Shown: positions 29,052 through 38,438, counted from the first letter of the stretch. The stretch is 44,352 bases of DNA from an uncultured Deferribacteres bacterium (GCA_964014485.1 CAXHAT010000045.1:1-44352), one strand, 5' to 3'. Numbers and translations: made by a program. The notes: generated by a model not told the origin, from the sequence alone.

Positions 29052-29159
29052 CAATTCATTCGTGGTGACAGTGAACAGTGGGTGCTTTTTGCAGAGTTTG
29101 AAGTTTATAGAGTTTTCGGAAATTTTCCTGTTCACTGCCCCACAATTCACCCGTTATGC
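29046..29159 (+). other. attC site 3
   Basis: R'' GGATAAC-5-L'' ATTCGTGG-TGACAGTGAACAG ... CTGTTCACTGCC-L' CCACAAT-6-R' GTTATGC. Confidence 0.9.
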
Positions 29160-29204
29160 TCTAAGAAAACTTGATTCTATAGTATCAAGGTAGTATTATT
29201 CCTC

Positions 29205-29399
29205 ATGCCAAGAAAAATTAGAGAACTGATTCGTGATTTGGAAAAAGCGGGTTTCGTTAATCGTGGCGGGAAAGGTGGTCATCGCAACTACATTCACGAA
29301 TCGGGCGTCGTATAAACTATTTCCGGAAAACTCGGTGATGATGCAAAACGGTATCGGGAAATATTGGTCAAACAAAAAATTGCAGAAATAAAACAGTGA
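29205..29399 (+). pseudogene. hicA: HicA-family toxin with in-frame stop
   Basis: MPRKIRELIRDLEKAGFVNRGGKGGHRNYIHESGVV*TISGKLGDDAKRYREILVKQKIAEIKQ; TAA at 29313-29315. Confidence 0.85.
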
Positions 29400-29749
29400 A
29401 AGAAAGAGACAAATATCTAAAACTAGTCGAATGGTCTGAAGAAGATCAGAGTTATGTAGGTTCTGTCCCAGGTTGGATTGGAAAATGCTGTCATGGCGAG
29501 GATGAAACAAAAGTTTATCAAGAACTTTGCCAAATTGTGGACGAGTGGATTGAGATTTACAAAAAAGATGGTCGTCCTCTCCCGTCAGAAACTGCCGGTA
29601 AAAGATATTCAGGAAAATTTGTTTTACGTACTGATCCTGACTTACATCAAACTTTAGCAAAACGCGCATTGAATGAAGGTGAAAGCCTAAATAATTTTGT
29701 AGTCAAGACCTTAAAAAGAGTCGTCGCGGCGCAGCCTAAAGTGCAATAG
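29396..29749 (+). CDS. hicB: HicB-family antitoxin
   Basis: VEWSEEDQSYVGSVP..CCHG N-domain; YSGKFVLRTDPDLH...SLNNFV RHH; GTGA overlap with hicA. Confidence 0.88.
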   Translation: MKERDKYLKLVEWSEEDQSYVGSVPGWIGKCCHGEDETKVYQELCQIVDEWIEIYKKDGRPLPSETAGKRYSGKFVLRTDPDLHQTLAKRALNEGESLNNFVVKTLKRVVAAQPKVQ

Positions 29750-30057
29750 AGTTCTTGTCACGATTTTTCAAATTTTTGTTCTCACCTGTGAATCCGTGCT
29801 TTACTTTTTGTCTCGCTGAGGCGTGAGGGACGTTGCTGTTTTTGGGATGGGTTTTGATTTCGGGCCTTCTTCTGTTGGGGAGGTTTCTGTAGCACTGTTT
29901 ACAGCGCCCCGGTTTTGTTGCCGTTCACCTCAACGTATAAAATATCGTCCAGCAAAAAGATTCGGGGGCAAATCCTTTCATAGAATGATGTCTTACGAAC
30001 TTGGTCCAGTGTGTATACTTTCTTGAAAGGATGTTTAATGTTTAGCAAGGAGCGAGT

Positions 30058-30252
30058 ATGCGAACAAATATTGATATCGACGATCAATTGATGAATACTG
30101 CGCTTGAGTTGTCTGGACTCAGAACGAAAGAAGCGGTTGTAGAAGAAGGATTGAAATTGTTGGTGCAGATGAGAAATCAGGATAAAATTCGCAGTTTGCG
30201 CGGCAAGTTGAAGTGGGAAGGAGAGCTGGAAAAATCCAGATTAGATTCATGA
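30058..30252 (+). CDS. VapB-family (DUF2191-like) antitoxin, orphan
   Basis: AAGGAG RBS; MRTNIDIDDQLM..A..LSGLRTKEAVVEEGLK...LRGKLKWEG. Confidence 0.82.
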   Translation: MRTNIDIDDQLMNTALELSGLRTKEAVVEEGLKLLVQMRNQDKIRSLRGKLKWEGELEKSRLDS

Positions 30253-30966
30253 CGCCTGCGATCGGGCGCTCAGAAAACGCATGAAGTGCGCTCGGTAAAC
30301 TCTGCCAATCGGCAGGGCTTTTTTGCCAAGCAAGACACGATTACCTTCAATCGCCGTTATTTTATCTGCGGCTACAACAAAGGATTTGTGAATGCGGATA
30401 AACGTCTCGCCCAGTAAACGTTCCAAATCCGAGATTTTTTCTGAAGTTTGTATCTGGCTGTTGGTCAGGAAAACGAGAGAGTTGTTGCCGCTTGCTTCAA
30501 CGTATAAAATGTCGTCCAGCAGGACTTGCTGGAGCTTTTTCTCGCCCTTCAGAAACAGAGCGTCAGGACTTGAGACTTCCTTCTTCGCGGGTTGCTTTTC
30601 TCGCGTCACAGCCAGCGCGTCCGAGGCTTTGTTCACCGCCTTCAAAAATCTTTCAAAGCTGAACGGCTTCAGCAAGTAGTCGCAAACGCTGAGTTCAAAC
30701 CCCTCCAGCGCGTATTCCTGATACGCGGAAGTCACGATCACCTGCGGCGGACGTTCGAGCGTCCTCAGAAAATCAAAACCCTTCAGCTCCGGCATGTTAA
30801 TGTCCAAAAACATCAAGTCGACCTGATTCTGGTTCAGGTAGTTCAACGCTTGCAGCGCGTCGTAGCAATTGGTTTTGAGCTGCAGAAAAGACAGGTCTTT
30901 GGCGTATTTTTCAATGACCCGATGCGCTATCGGCTCGTCGTCGACAATGATGTATTGAACTTTCAT
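30247..30966 (-). CDS. LytTR-family response regulator
   Basis: IVDDEP, DLMFLDINMP, DYLLKPF receiver; DILYVEA and FIRIHKSFVV LytTR. Confidence 0.93.
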   Translation of the reverse strand: MKVQYIIVDDEPIAHRVIEKYAKDLSFLQLKTNCYDALQALNYLNQNQVDLMFLDINMPELKGFDFLRTLERPPQVIVTSAYQEYALEGFELSVCDYLLKPFSFERFLKAVNKASDALAVTREKQPAKKEVSSPDALFLKGEKKLQQVLLDDILYVEASGNNSLVFLTNSQIQTSEKISDLERLLGETFIRIHKSFVVAADKITAIEGNRVLLGKKALPIGRVYRAHFMRFLSARSQAS

Positions 30967-32228
30967 GAGACGGTGAATTTTAACGTGGCCTTGTACTCGC
31001 CTTCCGCCGAGTCGTCCAGGACAAGCGAGTGCTTTTCGGGAAACAGGAGTTCCAACCGGCGCTGAAGGTTTTTCAAGCCGATGCCGCCGCTTTCCTTCTC
31101 TTCGTCAATCTTAAAATTATTGTGCGTTTCAAAATACAAGGCGTTGTCGATAGACAAAAGCTTTATGTGGATAAAAGCGTTTTCCGTCATCGTTTCCGCA
31201 CCGTGCTTAAAGGCGTTTTCCACCAGGACAATAAACAGCAGCGGCGGAATCATGAGCTGCTCGTCGGCGGGGTGGTCGAACTTAATGTCGAGTTCGCGCT
31301 GGAATCTGATTCTTTGCAGTTCGAGGTAATTTTCCAGGTACTTGACTTCATCGCTCAGCGCGACGCTGTCCTTCTCGCCCTCGTAAATGGTGTAGCGCAT
31401 CATGTCGGACAATTTGAGCACGACCTCGGGCGCCTTGTCGGATTTTTCCACCACCAGACCGTACAAATTGTTGAGCGTGTTGAAGAAGAAATGCGGGTTG
31501 ATTTGCGATTTCAGCATATGGATCTCTGCGCCCATCGAGGATTCCTTGAGCTGACTCACTTTGGCTTTTTGAACAAAACGGTCAATGACAAGATACCCGA
31601 CGCAGAGTATCATGCCGCCAATCGAGAAAACGATGGCGACGACCTCCGCATCTTCCGCGATCAACATGCTGAGGAACGCCAGCGCAAAGTAGACGATAAC
31701 AACGAGCTTCATTGTAATCTTCGGGCGTGACGAGCGCGACCAAAGCCCCGCCTTTTTCGAGCCCGCATTCCCGATTTCACCGGCGCGTTCCAGTTTTCGC
31801 GCTTTGTACTTGCGGAAAACGCGCCGCAAAAGCGCAATCCCGAACATAACGATGGTCATGACGACGCAAAGGATCACGAATTCAACGCCGACGTCGCCTT
31901 GATCAATGGTCGAAACGAACGTAGCGAAAAGACTCAGCGGGAGCAAAATTCTCAGCAAAAGCTCGCCGGATATTTTCCGTTCCTTGAAAAGGCGCTTGAC
32001 GTGGAATTTCAGCAATCCCCATTCAGATAAAACTTCCTGTTCCTTCTCGGCGCGTCGGCGCAGGATTTTGGAGATGACAATTCTTACAAATGCGGCGATG
32101 TAAACACTCGCAAAAAAGGCGGTCGCCTTCACCTCGTCCTGGACGACGGCGGTCATGAAGATAATAAAAAAGATGGCGAGCAAAAAGCCCGCGACGGATT
32201 TCCATTTTATTTTTGGTATTGTAAACAT
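30963..32228 (-). CDS. LytS/YehU-family membrane sensor histidine kinase
   Basis: Multiple TMs; LKSQINPHFFFNTLNN; LVENAFKHG; GGIGLKN. Confidence 0.92.
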   Translation of the reverse strand: MFTIPKIKWKSVAGFLLAIFFIIFMTAVVQDEVKATAFFASVYIAAFVRIVISKILRRRAEKEQEVLSEWGLLKFHVKRLFKERKISGELLLRILLPLSLFATFVSTIDQGDVGVEFVILCVVMTIVMFGIALLRRVFRKYKARKLERAGEIGNAGSKKAGLWSRSSRPKITMKLVVIVYFALAFLSMLIAEDAEVVAIVFSIGGMILCVGYLVIDRFVQKAKVSQLKESSMGAEIHMLKSQINPHFFFNTLNNLYGLVVEKSDKAPEVVLKLSDMMRYTIYEGEKDSVALSDEVKYLENYLELQRIRFQRELDIKFDHPADEQLMIPPLLFIVLVENAFKHGAETMTENAFIHIKLLSIDNALYFETHNNFKIDEEKESGGIGLKNLQRRLELLFPEKHSLVLDDSAEGEYKATLKFTVS

Positions 32229-32265
32229 AGGTCAGGGTATTTATTTGTGGGTTAATAATCAATGC

Positions 32266-32434
32266 GGTTAGGCTGTAGACTGTTAGTCTGTTAGACTATT
32301 AGGTTTAAAATGCTCCGAGTTGCGCATCACCCACCGTATAGCCTAACAGTCTAACAGTCTAACAGTCTAACAGTCTAACAGTCTAACAGTCTAACAGACT
32401 AACAGACTAACAGACTAACAGACTAAAAACCTAA
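32266..32434. repeat. 8-bp tandem repeat with inverted partner
   Basis: 6x CTAACAGT + 4x CTAACAGA (32343-32422), then CTAAAAAC CTAA; degenerate inverted copies (ACTGTTAG, TCTGTTAG, ACTATTAG) at 32266-32305. Confidence 0.95.
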
Positions 32435-34795
32435 CTACTCGTCTCTCAAAACTTCCGCCGGATTCACTTTGATCAATTTGCGCGTTTGCATGGCGAGCGA
32501 AATCGCAGCGAGCGAGAACACCAAAATGTTTGAAACCAGGAGCGGTTCAAGGCCTAACGGAATTTCGACCGGCGCGAATTGCAGAATGCCGCCCAAGCCA
32601 AAATAAAAAAGCGGCGTTGCGATGAGCGTGGCGATCCCCAGCATAACCAAGAATCCGCGATTCACCAACAGAATGACATGGAAGGCTGAAGCGCCCATAG
32701 CTTTGCGAACGCCCACTTCTTTGATGCGCTGCGCTGTTCGCTGCAAAGCGACCCCGAAAAGCCCCATGCACGAAATGAACAGCGAAAAACCGGCTACGTA
32801 GCCGATAAAAGTTCCAATGCCGCCCAGGGATTGCACATCGAAGACTTCCGTTTGCGGGAAATATTCGAAAGACCTCTCCGGGAACTCTCGCTCCCAAATC
32901 GTTTTGAGCGAGGCGACAACGTCACCCATCGCTTCATTTTGAACTTGCAAGGTGAGAAAATTATATGCGGAAACGTCTGACAGACTAAAAATAACAGACT
33001 GTTCCTTGCCCATGATCGGCTGCACAATAAAATCTTCAACAACGCCGACGATGGTGAAAGATTGATCGTTGATGCGCACTTCTTTGCCCACAGGGTCGGC
33101 CCATTGGCGATATTTTGTGAAGGTTTTGTTGACCACCATCGCGCTGGAGTTATCGGCCGAGAACCCTTTGCCAAAAGCGCGACCTGCGTCAACCCTGATT
33201 CCCATCGCATTGAGATAGGACGGTCCGATTTTAAACATCATCACCTGCCGCTCAGAGCCTTCAACGAGAATTGAGGTGCGTCTTCGCATGCGCCCGATGT
33301 GATCTTCCGTACCGGCCGCCAGCCGTACATTGTGCAGCCTTACCGCTTCATTGTACAATCTATCATACTGCTCCGGGCCCGAGACGGGGATGACGAGAAC
33401 TGTTTTTTCATCGTAGCCCCAATCGTCGCTGAGCAGCTTGTCGTCCAACGAAGTGAAGAAGATAGAAAGGCAAATCGCCAGTATGGCCAGCACGAATTGC
33501 ACGACGGTGAGGGTTTGGGTGAGTTTCTTCTTCTCCGACAATTTCAGCTTGCCGCGCAAAATGGCGATGGGTTGAAAAGACGAAATATAGAACGCAGGAT
33601 AGCTGCCGGAGACGAGACCGATAAAAACGAGCAAGCCGGTGAGAAAAATCCAAAACTCGAAATTGCCGGAAAAATCGAAGGGAATCTGCACGGTCACGAG
33701 GTCATCCAGAAAAGGAACCGTCACAGTTGAAGCGAAGGCGATTCCCCCGAGCAAGGCGGCAGTGCACAGGATGAGATTTTCGGTGAGAAATTGAACGACA
33801 AGCTGCCGTTTCTCCGCGCCCGCCGCTTTTCGCACGCCGATCTCTTTCAATCTTCGCGCGGCGGCGCCCAGCGAAATGGTGATGTAGTTGAAACAGGATA
33901 CCAAAAGCACCAAAACGCCGGTCAACGCGAACATCAGGGATTCCCACAAAAGCGGCGCTTCCATGGCGCGTTTTTCGATAGCCCAAGCCGTCAGCCAATC
34001 CGGGTTCTGAATGCTGTCCAGGAAAAAAGAGCGCACCTGCCACTCATGATTGGCGGCGTTTTGAGCAGGGATGTAGCGCTGTAATTGGTCGGCGATAAAT
34101 TCGGTGTCTTCTGCTTTTTTGAGCTGGACGAACGTCGCGTCTGTGAAGGCGCCCCAATCTTCCAGACGCTCCAGCCCTGCGGAAACCCGTTTTTCATACC
34201 CGAGGAGAAAATCAAATTTGAAACTGGCTTTCCGAGGAAAAGCTTCGGCGACGCCTTGCACGACAAACGTCTCCTGTGACCCGTTTCCGAACGTGACGGC
34301 GAGCGTTTGGCCAATCGGTTCATGGTCTCGAAAATACTTGGCGGCCATTTCCGAGCCGAGAATGACGGACGACGGATCTTCCAACGCCGCCGCGCTTCCT
34401 TTGACCAGCGGGAAGGTGAGAAGGTCGAAAAAACCGGCGTCCGCGAACGATGCGATTTCTTCAAAAGCGATTCCGGTCGATTGCACCATGACCGGATGGT
34501 TGGCGAAACGAACCGCACGCTCAATTTGCGGGAAACCGGCGTCCAGGGCTGGGCCGAGCGGGACGGGGGAGATTCCCCACCGTTGCTCTTCACCTTCACG
34601 CTCCGCCGTGTGACCGACGAGAAAGATGTTCTCGCCGTTTTCATGGAAGTCATCCATGGAATTCAGCGATTGCAGAAAGAGAAACAGCGCAATGGCACAC
34701 CCCACGGCTGCGGATAAGCCGACAATATTGATCAACGAGACGACTTTGTTTTTTCGCAGATTGCGAAAGCCGAGCAATATATAATTTTTGAACAT
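32435..34795 (-). CDS. ABC transporter permease (MacB/FtsX-like, duplicated)
   Basis: MFKNY..GFRNLRKNK..SLINIVGL; RLKEIGVRKAAGA; GSYPAF; RIKEVGVRKAMGA; NPAEVLRDE. Confidence 0.92.
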   Translation of the reverse strand: MFKNYILLGFRNLRKNKVVSLINIVGLSAAVGCAIALFLFLQSLNSMDDFHENGENIFLVGHTAEREGEEQRWGISPVPLGPALDAGFPQIERAVRFANHPVMVQSTGIAFEEIASFADAGFFDLLTFPLVKGSAAALEDPSSVILGSEMAAKYFRDHEPIGQTLAVTFGNGSQETFVVQGVAEAFPRKASFKFDFLLGYEKRVSAGLERLEDWGAFTDATFVQLKKAEDTEFIADQLQRYIPAQNAANHEWQVRSFFLDSIQNPDWLTAWAIEKRAMEAPLLWESLMFALTGVLVLLVSCFNYITISLGAAARRLKEIGVRKAAGAEKRQLVVQFLTENLILCTAALLGGIAFASTVTVPFLDDLVTVQIPFDFSGNFEFWIFLTGLLVFIGLVSGSYPAFYISSFQPIAILRGKLKLSEKKKLTQTLTVVQFVLAILAICLSIFFTSLDDKLLSDDWGYDEKTVLVIPVSGPEQYDRLYNEAVRLHNVRLAAGTEDHIGRMRRRTSILVEGSERQVMMFKIGPSYLNAMGIRVDAGRAFGKGFSADNSSAMVVNKTFTKYRQWADPVGKEVRINDQSFTIVGVVEDFIVQPIMGKEQSVIFSLSDVSAYNFLTLQVQNEAMGDVVASLKTIWEREFPERSFEYFPQTEVFDVQSLGGIGTFIGYVAGFSLFISCMGLFGVALQRTAQRIKEVGVRKAMGASAFHVILLVNRGFLVMLGIATLIATPLFYFGLGGILQFAPVEIPLGLEPLLVSNILVFSLAAISLAMQTRKLIKVNPAEVLRDE

Positions 34796-34830
34796 AATGA
34801 TACTCCAGCGCCTTAAGAATTTTCGCTGCC

Positions 34831-34864
34831 TAACTCTGACAGGGTTGGAACCCTGTCAGAGTTA
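34831..34864. repeat. Perfect 16-bp-stem palindrome (REP-like)
   Basis: TAACTCTGACAGGGTT-GG-AACCCTGTCAGAGTTA. Confidence 0.7.
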
Positions 34865-35136
34865 AAAAATCTTCTTTTGAGAGATTGGATCAGCGCTAAA
34901 TGCAAGGCGAGGATATTCATCATGCGTGTAGAAAACAAATTTTGCTGATAAACGACGTGATACCGAGGACAAACGACAGAGCTTTGATGATGAACGCTGA
35001 TGATCCTGAAATATTTGCCGGTTGTGCCAGTGGTTAAATTACGCTCAACGAATTCGAGCGATTCCACGTCCTGCTCAAGAAGCCGATTGAAATGATTGAT
35101 TCATTTTTTTCAGAAAACAGATTAAGGTGCGCCCTG

Positions 35137-36396
35137 ATGAAAGCCTTGTTTAAAATTTCTCGCGTCGTTCTAACACTTGTTCTTTTCACTGCCTGCAGCG
35201 TAGACCAGCCGGAAAATTCAGCATCAAAATTTGACTGGCCGCAATGGCTTGGGGTGGAACGCAATGGCAGATCCGCTGAAACCGACTTGCTCAAAACATG
35301 GCCTGAAGGCGGGCCGCAGGAGCTTTGGCGCGTGGAGGTCGGCGGGGGATATTCCGGACTGTCAATCTCGCAGGGCAGGCTGTACACCATGGTCTGCGAC
35401 AGCACCGACGAATACGTGCTCTGTCTCGACGCCGAATCCGGGAACGAGCTTTGGCGCGTACGTTCGGACTCCGCTTACGTCGATCGGTTTGACAACGGCA
35501 ACGGCCCGCGCTCAACCCCGACTGTCGACGTTAACGGACGGTTTGTTTTTGCATTGGGCGCGCACGGGGCGTTGGGCGCTTATGCGAAAGATTCCGGCGA
35601 GCTTGTGTGGCGGAAAAATCTCAAAACCGACTTCAACAGCCCCGGCCCGGCGGGTGACGGCGGTTTCGCGTCGTCGCCGCTGATTGAAGGCGACATGCTG
35701 CTGGTGGAAACCGGCGGCGCGGCCAACAACAGCTTCGCGGCGTTTGATAAAAACACCGGCGGTTTGCTGTGGCAGACCGCCTCCGACAGCGCCGGGTTTG
35801 CTTCGCCCGTTGCGATCACGGTGCACGGAGAGCGGCAAATCGTCTTTTTCTCGTCGGAAAGCATGACCGCTCTTGCCGCCGAGACCGGCGAAATCCGCTG
35901 GCGGCTTCCCTGGAAAACGCCCTACAACATCAGCACAAACGCGCCGATTTTCATCCCGCCGGATCGGATGCTCGTCTCTTCAATTAATGACATGGGTTCG
36001 GCGCTGATCAGGCTGGAAAAGTCCGGCGACGATTTTTCGGTGAATGAAATTTGGCGCAGCAATAAAGTCTTGAATTCCTACGCCACGCCGATTTTGCACG
36101 ACGGCTATCTTTACGGCTTTCAAAATACGTTCCTGAGCTGTGTGGCGTTAGACTCCGGGGAAGAACAATGGCGGCAGCGCGGCTTCAGTTACGGTACGCT
36201 TGCCTACGCCGACAGCCATCTCGTTGTTCTGGGCGAAAAAGGCAAACTGGCGTTTGTTGAAGCGGTCCCTGACGCCTACAATGAAAAAGCCGCCGTCGAA
36301 GTGCTCGGCAACCGCTGCTACACCCCGCCTTCCATTGCCAACGGCAAGCTCTACCTGCGCGATGAAAGTACGATTCTCTGCCTGCTGCTGAAATGA
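35137..36396 (+). CDS. PQQ-like beta-propeller lipoprotein
   Basis: Lipobox FTA-C from ATG 35137; DWPQWLG..RNG; repeated LDAESGNELW tryptophan-docking motifs; NGKLYLR. Confidence 0.88.
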   Translation: MKALFKISRVVLTLVLFTACSVDQPENSASKFDWPQWLGVERNGRSAETDLLKTWPEGGPQELWRVEVGGGYSGLSISQGRLYTMVCDSTDEYVLCLDAESGNELWRVRSDSAYVDRFDNGNGPRSTPTVDVNGRFVFALGAHGALGAYAKDSGELVWRKNLKTDFNSPGPAGDGGFASSPLIEGDMLLVETGGAANNSFAAFDKNTGGLLWQTASDSAGFASPVAITVHGERQIVFFSSESMTALAAETGEIRWRLPWKTPYNISTNAPIFIPPDRMLVSSINDMGSALIRLEKSGDDFSVNEIWRSNKVLNSYATPILHDGYLYGFQNTFLSCVALDSGEEQWRQRGFSYGTLAYADSHLVVLGEKGKLAFVEAVPDAYNEKAAVEVLGNRCYTPPSIANGKLYLRDESTILCLLLK

Positions 36397-36409
36397 AGAA
36401 TCCTGTAGG

Positions 36410-36497
36410 CCGCCGCTCATCAGTTTTCGTTTGACTTCTCGCCCGCTATTTTTTTCTTCAACACGTGATGCACAATAATTCAACTGTCTTGAGCGTA
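36410..36497 (+). repeat. 88-bp direct repeat, copy 1
   Basis: Ungapped match to 40898-40985; first about 54 bp have a single mismatch. Confidence 0.9.
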
Positions 36498-36661
36498 CAT
36501 ACCCTAATTTCTTCAAAAGTGTCCTGGATGGAGCAGTTTGATTATAACGGGCGGATTTTGGCTTCGGAAACAAATTGCATGTTCTTGTGAGGCAAGAAAA
36601 TGATCATCCGAATCTCAATGGGTTTTGACGTTATTTGAAGAGCTAAAATAATCTTGAAAAA

Positions 36662-38084
36662 ATGCTAACATCAAAAACAACCACAGCGAATCACAAGACA
36701 TTTTTATCTCGCAGGGTTTTCCTGAGAACTACAGGTTTGGCCGGGGCGGTTCTGGCGAGCGGCAAGTCTGCTTTTGCAAAAAATATAGAATCAACAGCCC
36801 TGAGAGAGCAGTGCGGTTTTTCTGAGTTGCCGTACGATTTTGTCTATTTGAACAGCGGTACCGAAGGCTCCATGCCGGAATGCGTGCTGTCGAATTTACA
36901 CAAAAACTCGCTTAAGTGGGCTGGCAATCCCACGTGGTCTTATGAGCTTGACCAGGAGCTTGGAAAACGGCAGGAGTTGAACCGTACAAAAGTAGCCGGG
37001 TTTTTGGGCGCCGGAAAAGACAACATATGCCTCACCGATAACACCACCATGGGGCTAGGCATGACTATCATGGGGTTGAACTTTGGTCTCAATGATAGGG
37101 TAGTCACTACCAATCACGAACATCAGGCAACGATTTCGCCGCTGCAAGTCTGGCAGGCTCGGTACGGACTTCGGATTGAAATGCAATCATTTCCGTCGCC
37201 GGAAAACCTGAATCGAATGAATACGCATGAACTTCTTGACGTCCTGTTTCCGAATACGCCGGCCCTCCGGGGAGCAAAGGCGCTGTGCGTTTCACACGTC
37301 TATCCCACAAGCGGAGTGCGTCTTCCCTTGCAAGCGCTGCGAGAAAAGGCCGAGGAACTCAATATCCCCTACTTGATCGTTGACGGCGCACAGGCGCTGG
37401 GAATGATTGATGTGACCACGCGTGATAATGGAGTGGAAAACTGCGATTTTTATGCTTGTCCGGGGCACAAGTGGCTGAACGGCCCGCCTAGTACGGGCGT
37501 GCTTTACATTCGAAACGCCGCTATCCGTCCGCCGGAGTTTTATCCCGTCATTTCACAACGAATGGGTCAATATTCCGACTGTGATGATGATCAAGCCTGC
37601 TTTCCCGTCGCTGAAGCGCTTCAGGTGCGCGGATGCAGTAACGCCCCTGGCTTCGCAACAATGGTCAGAGCGATGGAATTTGCTGAGTGTGAAGGCGGCG
37701 CAACGAAGATCGAGAAACGCATTCTCAGCTTGTCCCAAAAAGTCCCAAAAAGTTAAAGACTTCATTTTAGCTCGCGCCCCGCGCTGTATTATCTCACCGC
37801 ACGCGGACGCACAGCTATTGTCGGGCCTCACTGCGTTCTTTCCATTTAAGTGGGACAAGCCGCAGACGCCTTTGACAGACAAGAAGACCGCTGATTGGGT
37901 GGTTAAAGAATTGTTAGCAAGAAAAATTCAGATTCGATCAATTGGCGTGCCTAACGCCGACCCTTCGAGACAATCTGCTGAAAAGTTGTATGCTTTGCGC
38001 GTTTCGACCGGTTATTTCAATACAACGGCTCAGATAGAAGAATTCAAGCAAGCGCTGAAAGAAATACTGGCAGGCCTCGGTTGA
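36662..38084 (+). pseudogene. Tat-exported class V PLP aminotransferase (CefD/PvdN-like), frameshifted
   Basis: SRRVFL Tat motif; YLNSGT, VDGAQALG, GHKWLNGP; tandem GTCCCAAAAA x2 at 37732-37751 shifts the frame; C-terminal LRVSTGYFNT is in the next frame. Confidence 0.85.
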
Positions 38085-38438
38085 GATTTTATTCTTTGGC
38101 GAATGCGATGCATGAATTACCTTAACACAAAACAGCGAACAAGTCCATGTTTCGTGTCACGACAACTCAGGCCTAACCCTAAATTTGCCAGACGCAAATG
38201 CACGCTATTGAATTCGGCGTTTTCGTGAGAACACTGTTTAAGTTCAGGCGAAGCAGAGCGACTTTGGTAAAACCGATAAGGAGTGTGACCATGGTTTTGT
38301 AACAATGAATCGACTGGCGCCCGCTTCAGCGAAGCAAATGAAAACTCTACGGAAGAAGATTTATGTGATCGTTGCAATTCGTTGCTTCGATACGGCAATC
38401 TTGCCTTATTCGACTCCAAATCCAAAATAAGGAAGCAG

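Larger units (their letters stand above)
25403..29159 (+). mobile_element. Integron gene-cassette array (3 complete cassettes, no intact integrase in window)
   Basis: Three attC sites; each cassette start core is the reverse complement of its own R'' end; all ORFs co-oriented. Confidence 0.9.

Noticed and set aside
29313..29315. Recoded stop (Sec/Pyl or alternative genetic code) in hicA
   Set aside because: The codon is TAA, which is used as a normal stop throughout the window
29720..29900. Fourth attC after hicB
   Set aside because: No GCATAAC-like R'' or paired L''/L' found
32343..32422. Possible CRISPR array
   Set aside because: Contiguous 8-bp units with no spacers, and no cas genes in the window
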